A stretch of DNA of 64,000 bases from Candidatus Latescibacterota bacterium (GTDB taxonomy: Bacteria; Latescibacterota; Latescibacteria; Latescibacterales; Latescibacteraceae): contig JAFGMP010000009.1 in NCBI GenBank assembly GCA_016927495.1, positions 937-64,936 of the forward strand, given 5' to 3'. The notes beneath the pieces are model-generated. The model did no database searches and was not told the origin of the DNA. It was given only the letters and a program-made list of their open reading frames with translations. The position numbers and the translations under genes are program-made. Position 1 is the first letter of the stretch. Each line of letters opens with the position of its first letter. Shown piece by piece: positions 39,328-48,209 of the stretch.

Positions 39328-39591
39328 ATGCTTGTTCTGTCACGGAAAGCAGGGCAGAAAATTCATATAGGTTCGGATATACTGATCACAATTATCGATG
39401 TATCGGGGAAATTCGTAAAAATCGGAATAAACGCACCGGAATCGATTAATGTTTTGCGGAGTGAGATAAAAGAGATGATTGAAAGGGAAAACAAACTTGC
39501 GGCAAAACAAAGCAGCTATATTTATAATTTGAGTAAATTCGGTAATATTTTTTTAAAAAACAAAGACATGCAAAAAAATAAAAAAACATAA
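39328..39591 (+). CDS. csrA: Carbon storage regulator CsrA (with about 30-aa C-terminal extension)
   Basis: MLVLSRKAGQKIHIGSDILITIIDVSGKFVKIGINAPESINVLRSEI is near-identical in pattern to CsrA. GGAGG RBS at 39317. The ORF-track start at 39193 is too far upstream. Confidence 0.9.
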   Translation: MLVLSRKAGQKIHIGSDILITIIDVSGKFVKIGINAPESINVLRSEIKEMIERENKLAAKQSSYIYNLSKFGNIFLKNKDMQKNKKT

Positions 39592-39739
39592 TTATCAGTC
39601 ATCACAGTCTGATTATTGCAAAATCGCCAATATTCCACGTTATATCAAAATTTCATTTGACATATCCTTTTCCCTCTGTATTAGAAATTCATCATTATTG
39701 ATAAATCGTTAATATTTTTTTAAAAATTTCCTTTTTCCC

Positions 39740-39766
39740 TAAAGTTTCTGCGTTCTTAACCGATAA
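39740..39766 (+). promoter_or_regulatory. Sigma-28 promoter TAAAGTTT-N11-aCCGATAA driving fliC, with a leader of about 200 nt
   Basis: TAAAGTTT at 39740-39747 and ACCGATAA at 39759-39766. Spacing is exactly the consensus. Confidence 0.75.
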
Positions 39767-39971
39767 TATAAGCAGGAAAACGAATGAGAAATAATGATAT
39801 AATTAAATAGATATAATAAAACCTTTTTCGTTAATGAAATTAAGGAGGTGATTGATCAGACAACACGATGAAAGCTGAGGTTTTACTTTTTTTAACGTTC
39901 GATATTAAATTTCAATAGCATGACGCATGGATGCGGACCTGATAAAAGGTCGACAAGGAGGTTATTAGACC

Positions 39972-40793
39972 ATGAGTTTAAGAATTAATCATAATATTTC
40001 AGCGATGAATACTCATCGCCAATTGCTTCAGACAGACAGGAAGCTGTCTAACTCGCTCGAAAGGTTATCGAGTGGTTTAAGAATTAACCGTGCGGCAGAT
40101 GACAGTGCCGGTCTTGCAATCTCACAAAGGCTGAGATCGCAGGTTGAAGGTCTTCAGATGGCATCGCAGAATGCCGAACAGGCAAAAAATGTTGTACAGA
40201 CTGCCGAAGGTTATCTTAACGAAATTCACAATATGCTCGGCCGTATGCGTGAGCTGGCAGTTCAGTCTTCATCCGATACCGTCGACAATACAAACCGTGC
40301 ATCTCTGCATGCAGAGTTTTCTTCTCTTCGTGAAGAAATCACGCGTATTGCCAACGCTGCGGAGTACAATAACCAAAAACTGCTCGATGGCTCATTTAAC
40401 GGCACATTTCAGATCGGCGCCAACAACACAACGAATGATGTGATATCATTCACTATCGCAGGTGTGGATGATTCAACTCTTTCAATCGATGCTTCCGACA
40501 TCTCAACCCGTGCCGGCGCAAATACCGCTCTTGACGAATTAACGGCGGCAATTGATGCTGTTTCCACTACCCGTTCCGATTTGGGTACAATTCAGAACAG
40601 GTTGGCATTTACCGTGGCAAGTGTTGACAATGCTTCGGAAAACCTTGCAAGTTCAGAGTCGACAATTAGAGACCTTGATATCTCTAACGAGGTCACTGAG
40701 TTCACAAAATCTCAGATTCTGACTCAGGCCGGTATGTCGATGTTGGCACAGGCAAATGCAGTGCCTCAGAATGTGCTTGCACTCTTCAGGTAA
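39972..40793 (+). CDS. fliC: Flagellin (minimal, 273 aa, D0/D1 only)
   Basis: N-terminus MSLRINHNISAMNTHRQLLQTDRKLSNSLERLSSGLRINRAADDSAGLAISQRL and C-terminus TQAGMSMLAQANAVPQNVLALFR are flagellin N/C domains. Confidence 0.95.
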   Translation: MSLRINHNISAMNTHRQLLQTDRKLSNSLERLSSGLRINRAADDSAGLAISQRLRSQVEGLQMASQNAEQAKNVVQTAEGYLNEIHNMLGRMRELAVQSSSDTVDNTNRASLHAEFSSLREEITRIANAAEYNNQKLLDGSFNGTFQIGANNTTNDVISFTIAGVDDSTLSIDASDISTRAGANTALDELTAAIDAVSTTRSDLGTIQNRLAFTVASVDNASENLASSESTIRDLDISNEVTEFTKSQILTQAGMSMLAQANAVPQNVLALFR

Positions 40794-40837
40794 TTGGTTC
40801 CTTGGTTTAATATTTTTATGTATTTGAGGTGATGACA

Positions 40838-41248
40838 ATGGTAATAGAAAGTCGTGTTCAGGACATAACACAAGAAGTCGCTGCTAAAGAACTTCAGAGT
40901 GGAACTGTTGAACGACAGGGATCAGTCACCTCCAAATCGAATAGTGGTACTACCAGGAAATCAAAAGAATCTGAGACAAAAGCATCAGTCGGGACGAAAA
41001 ATGGATCATTAAATTCAGCACTCGAACCGATTGATGTACATCGTGCAGTCGAGAAACTTAACCAGATTGCAGAATCACAGATGAAAGATGTAAGCTTTTC
41101 TGTTGACGAGGATGCAGATGCCACTGTAATTAAAGTTTTCAAAAGGAAAACTGGGGAGCTGATCAAGCAATTCCCGGCAGAAATGATTTTAGCTATGAAG
41201 GCACGAATTCGTAAAAATACGGGCTGGTTTTATGACAGTAAAATTTAG
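40838..41248 (+). CDS. flaG: Flagellar protein FlaG
   Basis: The C-terminal region (KDVSFSVDEDADATVIKVFKRKTGELIKQFPAEMILAMKARI) matches the FlaG family. It lies between fliC and fliD. Confidence 0.8.
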   Translation: MVIESRVQDITQEVAAKELQSGTVERQGSVTSKSNSGTTRKSKESETKASVGTKNGSLNSALEPIDVHRAVEKLNQIAESQMKDVSFSVDEDADATVIKVFKRKTGELIKQFPAEMILAMKARIRKNTGWFYDSKI

Positions 41249-41307
41249 TATATTTTTTCTGGTAGATTTAATTAACAGAGAAGCCTTTTAATACGAGGTT
41301 AAGCAAC

Positions 41308-44300
41308 ATGGCGAGTACAGGATCAATAAGTTTTGGCGGTTTGGCGAGTGGTTTGGACACAACCCAACTCATTGAAAATCTGATGACGGTTGAATCAAAG
41401 CCCTTAACCAGGCTTGAGAATAAGAAAACGGAACTCGACAGCCAGTATGATACCTATACTACCATGAAGTCGAACCTTAATGAACTAAAAACGCTTGTAT
41501 CCGCGCTTAAAAGTTCGGATACCTTTGGAGTTTTCAGTGCCTCTTCTTCCGATGAAGAGGCACTGACACTCAGTGCTTCAACCTCGGCAAATGAGGGTAC
41601 TTATTCAATTAAAATCCTATCATTGGCTCAGGCTGAAACATTGTCAAGTAACTCATATGCATATACTGAAAACAATCTTAATCTGACAGGCGAAATTCTT
41701 ATAAACGGCAACAGTTTCAGTGTTAGCAGTACCGACTCGTTGATTGATATTCGAAATGGTATTAATGCTTTGGATGCCGGTGTTACGGCGAACATTCTGA
41801 AAGTTTCAAATGGCGACAACCGGCTTATTATATCCTCAGATACTGCGGGTGAAGAAGGTATTTTTATAGCGAATGTCGGCAGTACCGACATTCTTGGTAA
41901 TTTAGGCTTTACAGACGGTACGAAAAGTATACGCGAGTTTTCGAACGGGAGTGTTCTGTCTGCTTCATTTGAGTCTTCTACGGCAACCGTAGGCAGTCTT
42001 TTCGATATCTCGTCCGGTGTTTCCGGTAATGTTGCCATCAGGGATGAATCACTGAGTATCGATCTATCCAAAGACACGTTAAATTCCATCCGTGACAAAA
42101 TCAACAATCTTGGCCTTACCGGTGTAACCGCATCGATAGAATCCCAAACGGAAAATAACGCCACCACCTATCGCCTTGCAATTACAGGAACGGAAGATTT
42201 TACCGACGATAATAATATTCTTGAGACACTCGGTATTTTTGAGGGGGGAAGAAGTGGTATAAGCAAGACGGTTGAGACCGGAGTCTTGTATTCTAATAAT
42301 AGCGAAAATAGTGTAAAATATGCAGACAGCAATACACATTTAAGTCAATTGGGAGCAGAAGTTCAGGGGGGAGAAACCGAGACAATTACCATATCCGGTA
42401 CTAATCTTGATGGTTCGGCCGTTTCCAAAACGATCGAAATTTCATCAAATACAAATATCGATGATATTCTTACCGGTATTGAAGAAGCGTATTCAGGTAA
42501 TGTGACGGCGTCGATTGAAAATGGGAAGATACAGGTGAAGAGCAATGAAACCGGGTCATCTTCGCTTGAATTCAGAATTTTTGCACATAATGAAAATGGA
42601 GGCACACTCGATTTCGGTACAATCAGTACGACCGCAAATGGACGTGAACGATTATTAGCTGAAGGTGGGAATGCGCGAATACTGGTGAATAACATTGAGG
42701 TATCGAGAGACTCGAATGAAGTTAACGATGTGCTTACAGGCCTCAATTTAACCCTGAAAAAGGCTGATCAGGATACTACCTTAAGTATTACGGTGGAACG
42801 CAATACCGACGAAATCAAAGATAAAATTCAGGAATTTATTACTGTTTACAATGAGTTTATCGATTTCGTCGATGAGAATTCACAATATAACGAGGAAGAA
42901 AATGTAGCCGGACCTCTTCTCGGTGATCTGACAACAAGAAGCATTCTTTCCCGGATCAGGGAATCGTTACGGACAAGTGTTTTTGGCGATGATTTGAGTT
43001 ATAATCAACTTGTCCAGATAGGTATAGAGTCGACAGCAGATGGAAAACTGGAACTCGACACCGCAAAACTTATGGATGCAATGGATGAGAATGTGGATTC
43101 AGTAGTTTCTTTATTCTCAGCCACACGTAAGTCGAGTGATAATGACATCTCATTTGTCTATCATTCCGAAAAGACAAAATCGGGCACATACGCTGTAACC
43201 ATTACGCAGGCAGCAGAGCAGGCTGAAGTTATTTCGGATGTTTCACAGGAAGATATTCAATCGGGTACTCTGAAAATAACAGATAACTTTGGATATACTA
43301 TTGAGTTTGGTTATGATTCCGGCATGACGTTTGATGATATTGCAAATGCACTTGCTGTCGAGGCTCAGACTTCTTATAGCGAGATTTTAAGGTCGGATAC
43401 GGGACTATCGCAATCTGCCAATCAGGATCCGGTCACCCAGAATACGGCAATAAGCGAAATAGCCGGTGTTCAAATTAATGAAAACGATACGATTACCATA
43501 AACGGAACAAGCCGAAGCGGTAAAGAATATCAGAGAATCATATCACTTGGCGGAAGTGAAAATGTCACGATGCAGGATATTCTGGATGCGGTAGAAGCTA
43601 TAGCAGATAATGAAGTCAATGCCACAATCGACACCGGAGGCAAAATACTGATCGAAGATACACAGACCGGAACAAACAAATTCTCATTTTCTATCGAAAC
43701 TACTGTGGAAGGTCTGGATTTCGGTACAATTTCTTCGATACAAAAAGGCCGGAACCGTGTAAATATTGAGGCTTCTGTGACCGAAAATAACCGCTTGAGA
43801 ATAAATCATTCATCTTATGGCTCCAACAACACCCTGACAATTTCTGGAGGCAGCGGACTGGGTCTCGCAGATGGTGAATATGCCGGAGTTGATGTTGCCG
43901 GGACGATTAACGGTGTCACCGGTACCGGCAGCGGCCAGTCACTGAGCGCTTCAGCCAGCGATACGAATGCAAGAGGCATTGTAATAAGAACTAAAATTAC
44001 GCCTGAAGAACTCGCATTCGAGGGGCCGTCCCAGGGAACGATAACGTTAATATCGGGGATTGCCGATTTACTGTACAGCGATCTCAATGCCATAACTAAT
44101 CCGGTTGACGGATTCATTCAGGCGAAAATTGACAGTGTTGAGCTTTCGCGGGAAAGTGTCGCAACTCAAATAGATAATACAACAGCTCGTCTCGACCAAA
44201 GACGTCAGATGTATGTCAAAAAATTCACTGAACTCGAACGTGCCATGGCAAGCCTTGAATCGATGCAGCAAAGTTTATCGGCATCTCTTAGCGCACTGCC

Positions 44301-44322
44301 ATCAGCCAGTTTATTTTCTTAA
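41308..44322 (+). CDS. fliD: Flagellar filament cap protein FliD (HAP2), unusually long (1004 aa)
   Basis: N-terminal FliD_N (ISFGGLASGLDTTQLIENLMTVESKPLTRLENKKTELDSQYDTYTTM) and C-terminal FliD_C (DGFIQAKIDSVELSRESVATQIDNTTARLDQRRQMYVKKFTELERAMASLESMQQ). A roughly 600-aa central insertion lies between them. Confidence 0.9.
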   Translation: MASTGSISFGGLASGLDTTQLIENLMTVESKPLTRLENKKTELDSQYDTYTTMKSNLNELKTLVSALKSSDTFGVFSASSSDEEALTLSASTSANEGTYSIKILSLAQAETLSSNSYAYTENNLNLTGEILINGNSFSVSSTDSLIDIRNGINALDAGVTANILKVSNGDNRLIISSDTAGEEGIFIANVGSTDILGNLGFTDGTKSIREFSNGSVLSASFESSTATVGSLFDISSGVSGNVAIRDESLSIDLSKDTLNSIRDKINNLGLTGVTASIESQTENNATTYRLAITGTEDFTDDNNILETLGIFEGGRSGISKTVETGVLYSNNSENSVKYADSNTHLSQLGAEVQGGETETITISGTNLDGSAVSKTIEISSNTNIDDILTGIEEAYSGNVTASIENGKIQVKSNETGSSSLEFRIFAHNENGGTLDFGTISTTANGRERLLAEGGNARILVNNIEVSRDSNEVNDVLTGLNLTLKKADQDTTLSITVERNTDEIKDKIQEFITVYNEFIDFVDENSQYNEEENVAGPLLGDLTTRSILSRIRESLRTSVFGDDLSYNQLVQIGIESTADGKLELDTAKLMDAMDENVDSVVSLFSATRKSSDNDISFVYHSEKTKSGTYAVTITQAAEQAEVISDVSQEDIQSGTLKITDNFGYTIEFGYDSGMTFDDIANALAVEAQTSYSEILRSDTGLSQSANQDPVTQNTAISEIAGVQINENDTITINGTSRSGKEYQRIISLGGSENVTMQDILDAVEAIADNEVNATIDTGGKILIEDTQTGTNKFSFSIETTVEGLDFGTISSIQKGRNRVNIEASVTENNRLRINHSSYGSNNTLTISGGSGLGLADGEYAGVDVAGTINGVTGTGSGQSLSASASDTNARGIVIRTKITPEELAFEGPSQGTITLISGIADLLYSDLNAITNPVDGFIQAKIDSVELSRESVATQIDNTTARLDQRRQMYVKKFTELERAMASLESMQQSLSASLSALPSASLFS

Positions 44323-44325
44323 AAC

Positions 44326-44352
44326 TAAAGTTTGATAAAAACATGCCGATAA
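44326..44352 (+). promoter_or_regulatory. Sigma-28 promoter, perfect consensus TAAAGTTT-N11-GCCGATAA, upstream of fliS-fliT-like-flgM-like
   Basis: TAAAGTTT at 44326-44333 and GCCGATAA at 44345-44352, immediately after the fliD stop. Confidence 0.8.
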
Positions 44353-44454
44353 TATATAATAGCAGTAAGGTTTTCGTGATGAAATAGATTTAGGTATCGA
44401 AAAACATTACGGATTTTCTTTGATAGAAGATATTGTCATGAATGGAAAAAAAAC

Positions 44455-44886
44455 ATGAATAGTGGTTATGCCGCTTATAGGGAAGCTCAGGCTCAGGAAG
44501 TTGATCAGGCAAAACTGATTCTTATGATGTTTTCCGGATCGGTGAATTATTTGAATAAAGCAATTGAATACGCTGAGACTGATCATAAAGAAATGGAACG
44601 ATATATTTCCAGGACAAAGAATATTATTCTTGAACTTATAGCATCATTGAATCTTGAAGACAGCGGAGAAATAGGTGAGTTACTCCTGAAAACATACAGA
44701 GGATTATTTACAAAATTAAATTTGGCATATGTCGAAGAAGATATTGTGAAAGTGACTGACGTGAGAGACTCTCTTATCATGCTTGAAGATTCATGGAAAA
44801 AGGTTTTTCAGAGCCCTGAATACGATCATTTTAAAAACAACAGGGAGCAGTTCGTAAAAAATCAGCAGAAATTGAGAAAGGCATAA
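44455..44886 (+). CDS. fliS: Flagellar export chaperone FliS
   Basis: AAYREAQAQEVDQAKLILMMFSGSVNYLNKAIEYAETDHKEMERYISRTKNIILELIASL matches the FliS four-helix bundle family. Confidence 0.85.
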   Translation: MNSGYAAYREAQAQEVDQAKLILMMFSGSVNYLNKAIEYAETDHKEMERYISRTKNIILELIASLNLEDSGEIGELLLKTYRGLFTKLNLAYVEEDIVKVTDVRDSLIMLEDSWKKVFQSPEYDHFKNNREQFVKNQQKLRKA

Positions 44887-45297
44887 ATGTCGGAGGTTGA
44901 TAAGCTCGAAAGGGCCATTCGCCGTAATATTGTTCTTCATGAACGTTTCTGCGAACTTATCGAAAAAGAAAAAAACCTCTTCGGATATGATGAAATTGAC
45001 GGGATTTCCGCGCAAAGAAAACTGAAGGATGAAATAGAGAGAGAAATTAAAAAAAGTGATGTGGCAATTTCCGAAATGTTCAAACATATCGAAGACGATA
45101 AAATAAAACTTAATGAAACGCAAAAAAAGAAAGTTTCGGTTCTGACAGACAATTATCGTATCCGTATAGATTCGACAATTCAATTGATTGAGCAGACCGG
45201 AAAGGTTTTGCAAAATTATAAAGATGATACGATGAAAGAATTGAAAATGGTCGATAAAAAGAAGAAAGCGCTGAATATTTACAAGGGAAATAAATAG
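44887..45297 (+). CDS. Putative FliT/FlgN-like flagellar chaperone
   Basis: 136-aa all-helical K/E-rich protein directly after fliS, where Bacillus has fliT. No strong motif. Confidence 0.4.
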   Translation: MSEVDKLERAIRRNIVLHERFCELIEKEKNLFGYDEIDGISAQRKLKDEIEREIKKSDVAISEMFKHIEDDKIKLNETQKKKVSVLTDNYRIRIDSTIQLIEQTGKVLQNYKDDTMKELKMVDKKKKALNIYKGNK

Positions 45298-45321
45298 CCC
45301 TGATAATGAAGTGAGTACATT

Positions 45322-45783
45322 ATGAAAATACAAGGTTTACCTCTTAATGACGGCGGTCTGCAGCGGGTTGAAAATAAAAAGGCAGAAAAAATTACCGCCG
45401 GGAATACCCAAAAAGGTGATGTGGTGGAATTGTCACGATCCGTTCGGGGTGGCGATCATGAAATCAGTTCGCACTATGCAATACCCATAGAATTTCTCGA
45501 ACGTACAGAACTGGTTAATGCCATAACTAAAAATATTGCGGATAAGTCATATAATCAACCTGATGTTCAGGTAACAATTGCCGAAAAAATCCTTGAGTCT
45601 GCTGTTTTGAACGATACAATTAGCAGTATCACTGTGGAAAAGAACGGGACACCTGAAATACGTGATGATATAATTAACCGCATAACCGACAAAGTTTCAC
45701 AAAAGTATTATGATCAACCGGAAGTTATGGAGCAGATAGCCGGAAGGATCATTGATGCTTTAGGCGTTTCCGGAGTGCTCTGA
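45322..45783 (+). CDS. flgM: Putative anti-sigma-28 factor FlgM with duplicated C-terminal module
   Basis: N-terminal MKIQ...GDVVELSR and C-terminal R-x-ELVNAITKNIADKSYNQPDVQVTIAEKILE resemble FlgM. The C-terminal module occurs a second time (RDDIINRITDKVSQKYYDQPEVMEQIAGRIIDAL). The gene is expressed from a sigma-28 promoter. Confidence 0.5.
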   Translation: MKIQGLPLNDGGLQRVENKKAEKITAGNTQKGDVVELSRSVRGGDHEISSHYAIPIEFLERTELVNAITKNIADKSYNQPDVQVTIAEKILESAVLNDTISSITVEKNGTPEIRDDIINRITDKVSQKYYDQPEVMEQIAGRIIDALGVSGVL

Positions 45784-45822
45784 GTAAAACAGGCATAGAC
45801 TGAATACTTATCATATATTTAA

Positions 45823-45856
45823 ACGGCACATGAGTATGTTCATGTGCCGTTTTTTA
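45823..45856 (+). terminator. Rho-independent terminator (ACGGCACATG-agtatgtt-CATGTGCCGT then TTTTTTAT)
   Basis: Perfect 10-bp stem followed by a T-run, 40 nt after the flgM-like gene. It marks the end of the flagellar super-locus. Confidence 0.85.
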
Positions 45857-45949
45857 TACCCTGTTGTAATAAAGTATTTTCATTTTTATCAATATAGAGT
45901 AGTTTATAAGATGGTTTGCAGAATATATGCTACAAAGCTATGGGAAAGT

Positions 45950-47338
45950 ATGCACCTTAAAAAGAAACAAGCCTTTGAAATCATCTCAGTTTTGAGAGAA
46001 GCCGGATTTACCGCTTATATAGTCGGCGGCGCTGTAAGGGACATGGTTATGGGCCTTGTGCCGATGGATTATGATATCGCAACCGATGCTTCCTCGTCAG
46101 ATTTGGAATATCTTTTCGGGAAAGTATATCCTGTGGGCAGGCAGTTCGGAGTGAATATGGTTGTGATCGGTCAAAACACTTTCGAAATCGCTCAATTCAG
46201 GGTGGAAGGCATTTATTTTGACGGTAGAAGGCCATCTGCAATAGAACCCGGTAATCCAATCGAAGATGCACGACGACGCGATTTTACCATAAATGCACTT
46301 TTTTATGATCCGGCTGAAAATTCGATAATCGATCATGTCAACGGTATTGCCGATATAAAAAATAAAGTAGTCAGAACTGTCGGCGATCCTGATATTCGCT
46401 TTCGGGAAGACCGTCTACGTATGCTGAGAGCGATACGGTTTGCTACCCGTTTTTCATTTAAACTGGATATCGAAACCGAACTCGCAATTAAACGGCACGC
46501 AGGGGCTGTTCTCTATGTAAGCGCTGAACGAATAGGGGATGAACTGGTAAAAATATTCAGCGGCCCTCATCCCGCATATGCGTTGGTACTGCTCGATAGA
46601 ACGGGATTACTCGATGTTGTGCTTCCTGAAGTTTCCGCCCTGAAAGGTGTTGAACAACCTCCTGAGTTTCATCCTGAGGGAGATGTTTACGAACATACCT
46701 GCCGGATGCTTGAATTATATGACGGAAATTCTGTAACGCTTGCGTTCGGAATACTACTCCATGATATCGCAAAACCGGTGACGATGACGAAAACAGATAG
46801 AATACGGTTCAGCAGGCATGCTGATGTTGGCGCAATAATAGCAGGGCAGATATTGAGACGCCTCCGTATGAAAAATGTGATAATATCGAAAGTTCAGGAA
46901 CTTGTTCGCACCCACATGCATTTTATCAATGTCAGGAAAATGAGACGGGCGAAACTGCTTCGTTTTGTTTTGCAGGATGAATTTGATGAAATGCTCGAGT
47001 TATACCGTATCGATTGCCTATCGAGCCATGGCAAGCTCGATGATTATGAATTTCTTTTGCAAACTGTCGATATGGAAAAACAAAGAAACCGGAAACATCA
47101 GCCACCCTTACTTGACGGACGTGATCTGATTGAACTCGGGTATGAACCGGGGCCGCAGTTCGGGAAAATTCTCAGTGATGTTGAAGATATGCAGCTTGAA
47201 GGCGCTTTGTTAACAAAGGAAGAAGCTAAAAATTTTGTTGTGCGTACGTATTATTTTCAGGCTGATCGGCATAATCAGAAGCGAAAAAATAATCCTCAGG
47301 ATCCACCGGTACACCGTGATGTAAAACCGAATACATAA
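45950..47338 (+). CDS. cca: CCA-adding tRNA nucleotidyltransferase / poly(A) polymerase family with HD domain
   Basis: PolA head motif (YIVGGAVRDMVMGLVPMDYDIATDA) and an HD domain region (LHDIAKP). The start is taken at 45950 (or 45911), because the ORF-track start at 45830 lies inside the terminator hairpin. Confidence 0.85.
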   Translation: MHLKKKQAFEIISVLREAGFTAYIVGGAVRDMVMGLVPMDYDIATDASSSDLEYLFGKVYPVGRQFGVNMVVIGQNTFEIAQFRVEGIYFDGRRPSAIEPGNPIEDARRRDFTINALFYDPAENSIIDHVNGIADIKNKVVRTVGDPDIRFREDRLRMLRAIRFATRFSFKLDIETELAIKRHAGAVLYVSAERIGDELVKIFSGPHPAYALVLLDRTGLLDVVLPEVSALKGVEQPPEFHPEGDVYEHTCRMLELYDGNSVTLAFGILLHDIAKPVTMTKTDRIRFSRHADVGAIIAGQILRRLRMKNVIISKVQELVRTHMHFINVRKMRRAKLLRFVLQDEFDEMLELYRIDCLSSHGKLDDYEFLLQTVDMEKQRNRKHQPPLLDGRDLIELGYEPGPQFGKILSDVEDMQLEGALLTKEEAKNFVVRTYYFQADRHNQKRKNNPQDPPVHRDVKPNT

Positions 47339-48188
47339 TGTGAGGGGGAACAGCAAGAATCGATCCTGTTCCCGTTCTTCCCATACAGGCAATTTGCTGA
47401 CCGCGGGTAACTTGTTCGCCAACTTTTAGCTTAATTTTTTCTTTCATTTGGGCTACCCGCTGCAGATGAGTATATCTCGTTTTATATCCGTTCCCATGGT
47501 CGATTATGATATATCGTCCGAATTCATTGGTAAATGTGTCATCCTCAATAATTCCATCGGCAGTAGCGACAATAGGCGTACCTTCAACATTATTAATATC
47601 AACACCGGGATGCAGTTTTCTTGTGTTTGAAATTCTGTCGAAAGAACGGCCAAATTTCTTCATGATTTCTCCGCTGGCCGGTTTTATCGAAGGTAATGTT
47701 TTTAAGAAATCGCAATTTTTATCACAGAAGTCATACAGTGTGGTATAATTCTGAGTGAATGCATCGCTTTTCTTTTCCATGCGGTCAATAAGATAGAGGA
47801 CGCGTTGAAGTGGCAGTTTCAAACCTGATTCTGCCACCATAACGCTTAAATCTTCGTCGGTTGTTTTTATTTGATTCGGGATTTCGTATTTCTCACCGAT
47901 CAGTTGTTTTATTTTTTCAAGACTATCGAGTTGAGAACTCATAGTTGTTAGTGAAGAATCGAAATATGCGAGATGTTTTTCCAGAATTCTGTTATTATTG
48001 ATTATTTCCCTGGTTTTATCGGCATAGAAAGATTTACCCTCAAATCCCAGAATATAAAAAATCATGATGCCTGTCGTTAAAACGATAGCAATCATGAGTC
48101 CGAATACCAGAGCACGAGGTATTCCTATTTGTTTTATTTCGGACTTCGAATGAGGTATCAAAATAAATGTCAAACGCTTCCACGACAT
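47226..48188 (-). CDS. M23 family metallopeptidase (LytM/NlpD-like) with N-terminal TM and coiled coil
   Basis: HxxxD and HxH region (LHPGVDINNVEGTPIVATADGII...YIIIDHGNGYKTRYTHL). Confidence 0.85.
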   Translation of the reverse strand: MSWKRLTFILIPHSKSEIKQIGIPRALVFGLMIAIVLTTGIMIFYILGFEGKSFYADKTREIINNNRILEKHLAYFDSSLTTMSSQLDSLEKIKQLIGEKYEIPNQIKTTDEDLSVMVAESGLKLPLQRVLYLIDRMEKKSDAFTQNYTTLYDFCDKNCDFLKTLPSIKPASGEIMKKFGRSFDRISNTRKLHPGVDINNVEGTPIVATADGIIEDDTFTNEFGRYIIIDHGNGYKTRYTHLQRVAQMKEKIKLKVGEQVTRGQQIACMGRTGTGSILAVPPHIMYSVLHHGVPVDPEDYFFASDYADQPENNTYAQQNF

Positions 48189-48209
48189 TGTATACGGTCC
48201 TTAATGCTT

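Noticed and set aside
45830-45949. ORF-track start of cca at 45830
   Set aside because: Positions 45823-45856 form a perfect terminator hairpin with a T-run, so translation cannot sensibly start inside it. Downstream Met codons at 45911 or 45950 are used instead.
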